Source: a bacterium (lineage in GTDB: Bacteria > UBA8248). From it: a stretch of DNA of 64,000 bases. The DNA is taken from the NCBI GenBank assembly GCA_965204535.1, contig CBDBEV010000001.1, positions 2,048,001 through 2,112,000 on the forward strand. The letters are read 5' to 3'. Shown in pieces: positions 46,196-52,132 of the stretch (positions are counted from its first letter, which is position 1; every line of letters begins with the position of its first letter). Below the pieces are notes generated by a model. It ran no database searches. It worked only from the letters and a program-made list of their open reading frames with translations, and was not told the origin of the DNA. The position numbers were made by a program, and so were the translations under genes.

Positions 46196-48287
46196 GCGTT
46201 ACGTCCTCGGCGTCGACGTCGGCGGGACGTTCACCGACTTCGCACTCGTCCGCCTCTCGGACGGCAAGACGTGGTTTCTGAAGACACCCTCGACCCCGGA
46301 CGACCCGTCCCGGGCGATTGCGGCCGGCATTCCGGAGCTATTGGACTGTGCAGCCGCCGGTGCCGGGGACGTCCGCTACTTCGGCCACGGAACGACGGTC
46401 GCCACCAACGCGCTCATCACGGGGAACACGGCGGTCACGGGCCTCATCACCACGGGAGGGTTTCGCGACATCCTGGAGATCCGCCGCCAGCGCCAACCCC
46501 ACAACTACGACATTCGGATGCCGAAGCCCCCGCCCCTCGTCGCGCGCCGCCTCCGGCGCGAGATCGAGGAGCGCACCTATCTCCTCGGGCCTTCCGACGT
46601 GCCGCCGGACCTCGAAGCGCTCGATGGAATCCTCGACGACTTCCGCCGCGAAGGCGTGGAGGCGGTGGCCGTCTGCTTCCTGCACAGCTACCACAATCCG
46701 GCCCACGAGGCCGCCGTCGCGGCCGCGGTGCGCGAGCACCTTCCCGGTGCGTTCACCTGCGCATCCCACGAAGTCGTGGCCGAGTTTCGCGAGTACGAGA
46801 GGACCACGACCACCGTGCTGAACGCATCGCTGGGCCCGGTCGTGAGCCGCTATCTCGAGCGCCTCGGGGAACGGTCCCGCGCCCTGGGCATCGTGGTCCC
46901 GAAGATCCTCCAGTCCCACGGCGGCGTCGCCTCGCTTCGGGATGCGGGTGCGATGGCGGGCCGCTGCCTCATGTCGGGGCCGGCGGCGGGAGTCATCGGC
47001 GCGGGCTTTCTCGCCGGAAGAGCCGAGTGTCCTGACGTCATCACCTTCGACGTCGGGGGAACGAGCACCGACGTCTGCCTCATCGAAGGCAACCGGCCGC
47101 TCGTCGCAAAGGAGCGGGAGGTGCGGGGGCATCCCATCCGCTTTCCGATGGTCGACGTGCATTCGGTGGGAGCCGGAGGGGGCAGCATCGCGCGCGTGGA
47201 CACGGGCGGCTTCGTGCACGTGGGCCCCCGGAGCGCCGGCGCCGCGCCCGGCCCCGCCTGCTACGGCCTCGGGGGAACCGAGCCCACCGTGACCGACGCC
47301 AACGTCGTGCTCGGCCGCCTTTCCAGTGAGTCCCTGCTGGGCGGCCGCATGAGCCTCCGTCCCGACCTCGCGCACCGCGCAATCGCCGACAAGGTAGCGG
47401 CCCCGATGGGGCTCGGGGTCGAGGAGGCGGCCGAAGCGGTGCTCACCATCCTCAACGAGAACCTGGTTCAGGCGATACGCGTGATCTCGGTGGAGAAGGG
47501 TTTCGATCCGCGGCACTTCACCCTGGTGGCGTTCGGGGGGGCGGGGCCTCTCCTCGCCTCCGCGCTCGCCCGCGAGCTGAGGATGACCCGGGTCATGGTG
47601 CCGCCCGGACCGGGTCTCCTGTGCGCGCTCGGGCTCCTCGTCGCCGACGTGCGCTCGGATTTCAGCCTGACGCGGATCGCCGATCTCGAGGGAACCGGCG
47701 CCGCCGGCATCAACGCCACCTTCACGGAGGTCGTACAGCGAGCGCTCGAATGGTTCGACCGGGAGGGTGTGGAGCCCGGCGAGCGCACGGTGCAACGCGC
47801 CATCGACATGCGCTACGTCGGACAGAGCCACGAGATCACGGTGGCGGTTCAGGAGCGGGAATTCGCCGACCGCGACCTCTCGGCGCTGGTCGACGCTTTC
47901 CGGCGCGAGCACGAAAGAGTGTACGGCTACGCGCCGGACGCGCCGGTTCAACTGGTTACCTTTCGCGTCACCGCCCTCGCCCGGGTGACGGCGCCCCCGG
48001 TCGCGGGCGCCGCCGGGACGGGCGGCGACCTGCGCGCGGCGGAGCGAGGGAGGCGCCGGGTGCATTTTGCAGAGCTCGGCGGATTCGTCGATTGCCCGGT
48101 CTATGTCCGGGAGGGCCTCCCCCGGGGCGTCGACCTCGAAGGCCCCGCGATCATCGAGCAGATGGACTCGACGACCGTCGTGCTGCCCGGACAGGCCGCC
48201 CGCAGCGACGAGCAGGGCAACCTGAACCTCACGGTCGTGTCGGTCCCGCACGACGCAGGCAGCGGCGGTAGCGGGGGGCTCGCATGA
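46185..48287 (+). CDS. Hydantoinase A/oxoprolinase family protein
   Basis: GVDVGGTFTD, HGTTVATNA, SGPAAG, DVGGTSTD, SAGAAPGPACY. Confidence 0.94.
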   Translation: MAPERYVLGVDVGGTFTDFALVRLSDGKTWFLKTPSTPDDPSRAIAAGIPELLDCAAAGAGDVRYFGHGTTVATNALITGNTAVTGLITTGGFRDILEIRRQRQPHNYDIRMPKPPPLVARRLRREIEERTYLLGPSDVPPDLEALDGILDDFRREGVEAVAVCFLHSYHNPAHEAAVAAAVREHLPGAFTCASHEVVAEFREYERTTTTVLNASLGPVVSRYLERLGERSRALGIVVPKILQSHGGVASLRDAGAMAGRCLMSGPAAGVIGAGFLAGRAECPDVITFDVGGTSTDVCLIEGNRPLVAKEREVRGHPIRFPMVDVHSVGAGGGSIARVDTGGFVHVGPRSAGAAPGPACYGLGGTEPTVTDANVVLGRLSSESLLGGRMSLRPDLAHRAIADKVAAPMGLGVEEAAEAVLTILNENLVQAIRVISVEKGFDPRHFTLVAFGGAGPLLASALARELRMTRVMVPPGPGLLCALGLLVADVRSDFSLTRIADLEGTGAAGINATFTEVVQRALEWFDREGVEPGERTVQRAIDMRYVGQSHEITVAVQEREFADRDLSALVDAFRREHERVYGYAPDAPVQLVTFRVTALARVTAPPVAGAAGTGGDLRAAERGRRRVHFAELGGFVDCPVYVREGLPRGVDLEGPAIIEQMDSTTVVLPGQAARSDEQGNLNLTVVSVPHDAGSGGSGGLA

Positions 48288-48312
48288 CAGGGCCGAGAGA
48301 GACGGCGGGAGC

Positions 48313-48400
48313 ATGAGCAAGGATTCGGAGCGATTCCAGGTCTGGCTCGACGGCGGCATGGTCGCGCCCGAGGACGCCAAGGTGAGCGTCCTCACCGCCG
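48313..48400 (+). pseudogene. 5' fragment of a class IV (IlvE-like) aminotransferase
   Basis: MSKDSERFQVWLDGGMVAPEDAKVSVLT resembles the IlvE N-terminus, after which similarity is lost. Confidence 0.6.
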
Positions 48401-48942
48401 TGCTACCGGTCCGGTGTGTCCCCTCGCGTGCCAAGTCACTGCACGCGTCACGACAGACCGGCCCGGAAAAGAAAAATCGGATCGTTGCCCATGGGTGGCG
48501 CATCTCCTCTTCGCTAAATAACAGATTGTCCGCAACCCAATTCCAGAGAGATGTGCCGCTCCCTTTTCTTCAATTCAGCCCATATGGCAGAGCCGAGGCT
48601 AATTCCAAGGGTCAGGAAACTCGCATCAAAAATCATTCCAGCACTTGACGGTCCCTTCTTGATTTTTTGATGGATGCGTTCATTATAGGAGATGAATTTG
48701 AGAGGGCACCCACTTTTTGATGATCCCGCGATTTTTACCTGGAAGGATAAACCTGCTTGACGCGGAATACGAATAAATGCAGATTCACCAAAGTGAAAGA
48801 GTGTAAGGGATAGAAATGGACGGGTCCCCCGGTCGTTTCAAGGGTTCCGGCTCGTAGATGCTTCAACCAGCACATGGCGTTCGTGGACATGTTCCGATGC
48901 CGATATCGAAGATATCGGCGGGACCATTTGGGAGGAAAGGTC

Positions 48943-49371
48943 ATGCAAACACCGAACACCGATGCCCATGACGGCATCGACAAGCTCGCGTCGCGCTATG
49001 TCGACGTCGACTCCCTGGAATGGCGGCCATCGCCGCTCGAGGGCGTCTCGGTCAAGGTTCTCCTGCAGGACGAGAACGGTGGAGTCCTAACCATGCTGGC
49101 GAAGATGGAGCCGGGCGCCACGATTCCCGATCACGAGCATACCGGACTGGAACAGAGCTATGTCCTTGAGGGCTCGCTCGAGGACCATGAAGGCGTCTGC
49201 GGGCCGGGACAATATGTCTGGCGGCCGGCCGGCAGCCGCCATGTCGCGACATCGCCCAACGGCGCGTTGATTCTGTCGACGTTCGAAAGTCCCAACATCT
49301 TTTTCGACGGCCCCGCCAAAGGCGGAACGATAGAAGAATTCGTGGCCCGAAAGCAGTCGCTCGAAGCCTGA
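48943..49371 (+). CDS. Cupin (ChrR-like) domain protein
   Basis: PGATIPDHEHTGLEQSYVLEGS and WRPAGSRH; GGAGG SD. Confidence 0.88.
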   Translation: MQTPNTDAHDGIDKLASRYVDVDSLEWRPSPLEGVSVKVLLQDENGGVLTMLAKMEPGATIPDHEHTGLEQSYVLEGSLEDHEGVCGPGQYVWRPAGSRHVATSPNGALILSTFESPNIFFDGPAKGGTIEEFVARKQSLEA

Positions 49372-49480
49372 CCGCCGCCGAACGATTCCATGCCGGATCC
49401 GTTGGGTAGCGGTGTTGTAGGAGTGCGGACCATGCGCCGACGACGTAAACGACGTCGCCTCGCCCGGATGTGAAGTCGCC

Positions 49481-49580
49481 GGGCGGGCGGCGCCCACCTA
49501 CATCATCGCCGCTCCGAGGCCGAAAACCGGATAACTCCTTATATATCAAATCTATATACTTTCAGAAATTTACCGGAAAA
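49481..49580 (+). repeat. 100-bp direct repeat, copy 2 (orphan copy of the NAGPA 3' end)
   Basis: Matches 44091-44190 and still encodes GRAAPTYII..P.PKT-stop. Confidence 0.9.
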
Positions 49581-49880
49581 CCCCGTGAATTTATCGGTAT
49601 TTCTCGAATTTTTCAGTAATTCCGATTCGCGGGTCGAACGCGGGTGAGGAGCGGCTGCGGTTTGCCGACCGGAAGAAAGAGGGGCTGCGATTCTCCGATC
49701 GAACCGGATCGCCCTTTCCATTTTCTCCCCTCCTCCCGCCGGTTTGATGCTCCCTTTCCCGCGCGGGATTATCGCCTCCTCCGGGGAATGCCCGATGACG
49801 GCAAATGCGGGGAAATGCGCGGTGGTGTTCTCGGGGGGGGGGGGGACGCCCCCTAGTGACAATATGAATCCTGCAAGCCC

Positions 49881-50114
49881 GTTGTGGATTGCGCGCAGGC
49901 ATCGATCAGCTACAATGAAGGTGCTTGCGCGTCGTTTTGAACTCCGGTTGTGGATTGCGCGCAGGCATCGATCAGCTACAATCGTCTCATTGCCAGCCAC
50001 ATTTTCGATTGTGTTGTGGATTGCGCGCAGGCATCGATCAGCTACAATTAAGAAAGCATCTACGGAATTTACGTTGACGTTGTGGATTGCGCGCAGGCAT
50101 CGATCAGCTACAAT
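49881..50114 (+). CRISPR. Type II-C CRISPR array: 4 identical 36-bp repeats (GTTGTGGATTGCGCGCAGGCATCGATCAGCTACAAT) and 3 spacers of 30 bp
   Basis: Repeats at 49881, 49947, 50013 and 50079. The + orientation is inferred from complementarity to the tracrRNA anti-repeat and the GTTGT...GCTACAAT II-C pattern. Confidence 0.97.
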
Positions 50115-50203
50115 TGGTTCTCTCCAAGTGATTGAACCGATTGGGTCAAGGCTCCCGAAGACAGGTCGGAACAATGTGATCTGCTCGGGAGCCTTTTCCG
50201 TCG
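50115..50203. repeat. Duplicated copy of the cas2 3' end and trailer
   Basis: 50176-50203 is identical to 50923-50950 (28 bp), with further matches upstream (gattgaa, aaggctcccg). Confidence 0.85.
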
Positions 50204-50353
50204 TCCCATGAACTTCTCTCTGTAATGTTTAGCTGGGAAATTTGTTTCTCCGCACATCAAAATATGCGCTAAGTAGATTTGTTCTCATCACTTGTTTTCT
50301 ATGAAACGTAATGTATACTTAAATGGTGAAATCACATTAAATGGGCAATAGGC

Positions 50354-50439
50354 CATCCTTGGCGGGACTCGAACCCGCGAGGCTCGTCTAAGCCGCTAGC
50401 TTCCAAGGCTAGTGTGTATACCGATTCCACCACAGGGAT
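50354..50439 (-). tRNA. Non-canonical tRNA: long-variable-arm (Ser/Leu-type) body with UGG (Pro) anticodon
   Basis: Minus strand folds as ATCCCTG TG GTGGAATCGGTATACAC A CTAGC CTTGGAA GCTAG C GGCTT AGAC GAGCC TC GCGGG TTCGAGT CCCGC CAAGGAT G. Full cloverleaf with one acceptor mismatch; no encoded CCA. Confidence 0.85.
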
Positions 50440-50488
50440 AGCCGGTCGGGGGAGTGTTGCATCCCCGGCCTATTGCCTTGTCTTCAAT

Positions 50489-50700
50489 GACCCGTGGCGC
50501 GGGTAAAATCTATACCCTATTTACAGGGTTTAGGTTTGCTTCGCTTATGTGGATCAACCTGCACCGTTTTAGGCCCAGGTTTTTTGCCAGATCGAACTTG
50601 ACGCGGTTTTTTCTGACAATCAGCCATCGGTTTCTCCTTTCTCCTTCGGCCAATATCCGAAGGTGGTTAGAGTAACGGGAGGATTCCCGCGCCACGGGTC
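50489..50700. repeat. Perfect 15-bp inverted repeat enclosing the sORF
   Basis: gacccgtggcgcggg (50489-50503) / cccgcgccacgggtc (50686-50700). Confidence 0.9.
50517..50627 (-). CDS. 36-aa Lys/Pro-rich small protein MADCQKKPRQVRSGKKPGPKTVQVDPHKRSKPKPCK
   Basis: Manual translation; tandem SD AAGGAGAAAGGAG directly upstream of the ATG; below the ORF-track cutoff. Confidence 0.65.
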   Translation of the reverse strand: MADCQKKPRQVRSGKKPGPKTVQVDPHKRSKPKPCK

Positions 50701-50719
50701 TTTAGACCCAAGAGAGGTT

Positions 50720-50748
50720 AATATATATCACTTCTTGTAAGAAATCAA
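50720..50748 (-). promoter_or_regulatory. Sigma70-type promoter for the sORF-tRNA transcript, containing the putative Cas9 target site
   Basis: Minus strand TTGATT(50748-50743)-17 nt-TATATT(50725-50720); the spacer holds the 12-nt match at 50728-50739. Confidence 0.7.
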
Positions 50749-50765
50749 ATATGTAGTGGCAACAG

Positions 50766-50794
50766 TTGCAAACAAATACCAATTCAACTAGATT
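50766..50794 (+). promoter_or_regulatory. Putative promoter for the crRNA-like RNA
   Basis: TTGCAA-17 nt-TAGATT, back-to-back with the minus-strand promoter; alternative -10 TACAAT at 50794-50799. Confidence 0.55.
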
Positions 50795-50799
50795 ACAAT

Positions 50800-50891
50800 T
50801 TATCGTTACAAGGTCACTTCTTGTAGTTGTGAATTGTAACGAGGCGTCGATCAGCTATGGGTCGATTCATTCTTACCGATTGAATCGACCC
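50800..50891 (+). ncRNA. Stand-alone crRNA-like RNA (spacer, degenerate repeat, hairpin); CreA/scaRNA-like
   Basis: Degenerate repeat GTTGTGAATTGTAACGAGGCGTCGATCAGCTATGGG at 50826-50861 (25/36 identical to the array repeat). It is preceded by TCACTTCTTGTA (50814-50825) and followed by an 11-bp hairpin (50859-50869/50881-50891). Confidence 0.75.
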
Positions 50892-50912
50892 GTCGAAGGC
50901 TCCCGGGACGGA

Positions 50913-51242
50913 TCAGAACAGCGTGATCTGCTCGGGAGCCTTTTCCGTCGCCTTGCGGATCTTCCCGTAGAAAATCTTCATCCGCGAGAACTGCTTGTCG
51001 GTGAAAAGCAGAAGCCGCACCTCCCCGTCCGGGGGAAGCGCGGCGTTGATGCGCCGCTCGTGCACCTCAGCGTTCTCGGAACTCGGGCAATGCCGGGCGT
51101 AGACGGAATACTGGAGCATCGTGAACCCGTCTTCGAGCAGGGAGCCGCGAAACTCCTGGTAGGCCTTGCGCGCCGCCTTCGTGTCCGTCGGCAGATCGAA
51201 CATCACCATGAGCCACATGCTGCGCCACCCCCCGAAGCTCAT
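50913..51242 (-). CDS. cas2: CRISPR-associated endoribonuclease Cas2
   Basis: MWLMVMFDLPT, FRGSLLEDGFTMLQYSVYAR, TDKQF, EQITLF. Confidence 0.97.
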   Translation of the reverse strand: MSFGGWRSMWLMVMFDLPTDTKAARKAYQEFRGSLLEDGFTMLQYSVYARHCPSSENAEVHERRINAALPPDGEVRLLLFTDKQFSRMKIFYGKIRKATEKAPEQITLF

Positions 51243-52132
51243 GGCCGGGGGATTTCCGTCTCCTTCTCCTCCCCGCAGAGGACGCGGCGCACGCCCGCGG
51301 CGTAGTATTGAAGGGCGGTGAGAAGCGGATAGGTCTTTCCGCCGAAGCGCACCTCCTCGGCGAGCACGCCCAGGAGTTCGCGCTTTTCTTCTTTCTCCAG
51401 TTCGAGTTCCTCTCCCCAGAACTCCGGTTCATCCCGCATCCGGCGCACCCGGCGGTCCACCATCGGGCGGAGCGGCTCCATCAGGTCGTCCGCCAGGCAG
51501 AAACCGTCGTACTGGTTGTGGTGGTGCAGGCCGAAGGCGGGGTGCAGACCCGCCGCCACGACCGCCCGCGCCGTGGCCGCGCGGATGAGCGAATAGCCGT
51601 AGTTCAAGAGCCGGTTCACGCCCGGAAGCGCGCGGTTTCTTCTGAAATCCGGCCCGAACATCCTCGGCCAGTACATTCTCGCGGCGCGGGCTTCCGCCTG
51701 GGCGGGGTTTTCACGCCCCGCGCGCCCGGCGATGGCCCGGAGCGGTTCGCCGTATTCCTCGAAGGCGTCGAGCGCGTCGGCCTGGGCGAGAATCTTCGCG
51801 CGCACGACCGCCCGCCAGAGGCGGCTCATCCTGCCGGGGGTGGCGGCGGCCTGTTCCTTCACGATCTTGCTGTGCAGGGTGTGCCCGTCCAGCGGGAGCA
51901 GGACGGAGGCGGGCAGGTGCTTCTCGTCGCACATCACGACGGCGACGTTGTTCTTCATGCACTCCGACAGCAAGCCCTGGGAGGGGCGGATGGCCGGGTG
52001 ATCCAGAATCAGGACGCCGAGGTCCTCCACGGGGAGCGACTCTGCGGCGAACTCCTCCCGCTCCACTTTCAATTGCTTTCGGCTGAGCGAGAGACGGGCG
52101 GGACTTCCGATTTCGACGATTCGTTTAATCAT
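51239..52132 (-). CDS. cas1: Type II CRISPR-associated endonuclease Cas1
   Basis: EARAARMYWPRMFG..FRR, NRLLNYGY, GLHH.NQY..FCLADDLMEPLRP. Confidence 0.97.
   Translation of the reverse strand: MIKRIVEIGSPARLSLSRKQLKVEREEFAAESLPVEDLGVLILDHPAIRPSQGLLSECMKNNVAVVMCDEKHLPASVLLPLDGHTLHSKIVKEQAAATPGRMSRLWRAVVRAKILAQADALDAFEEYGEPLRAIAGRAGRENPAQAEARAARMYWPRMFGPDFRRNRALPGVNRLLNYGYSLIRAATARAVVAAGLHPAFGLHHHNQYDGFCLADDLMEPLRPMVDRRVRRMRDEPEFWGEELELEKEEKRELLGVLAEEVRFGGKTYPLLTALQYYAAGVRRVLCGEEKETEIPRP

Noticed and set aside
44405-48503. Long minus-strand ORFs (589 and 721 aa)
   Set aside because: Antisense shadows of the high-GC hydantoinase genes
49539-50211. ORFs of 211 aa (-) and 155 aa (+) with repeated peptides (IVADRCLRAIHN / LWIARRHRSAT)
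   Set aside because: They are translations of the CRISPR array, whose 66-bp period keeps the frame open
50354-50439. tRNA as an ordinary tRNA-Pro or an island integration site
   Set aside because: It lacks tRNA-Pro identity features; no integrase or duplicated tRNA 3' end was seen
50510-50695. 61-aa minus-strand ORF from the track (and the 73-aa plus-strand ORF at 50454)
   Set aside because: It starts inside the inverted-repeat arm with no SD; the 36-aa frame at 50517-50627 has a strong SD
50489-50700. Retron msr-msd-like reading (inverted repeats enclosing about 180 nt)
   Set aside because: No reverse transcriptase in the window; the enclosed sORF explains the region better
50765-50799. 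GTTG...TACAAT 35-mer as a second degenerate CRISPR repeat
   Set aside because: Only the ends match, and it is better explained as the guide promoter; remote repeat ancestry cannot be excluded
50766-51305. 179-aa plus-strand ORF
   Set aside because: Antisense to cas2 and spans the guide RNA; no recognisable motifs
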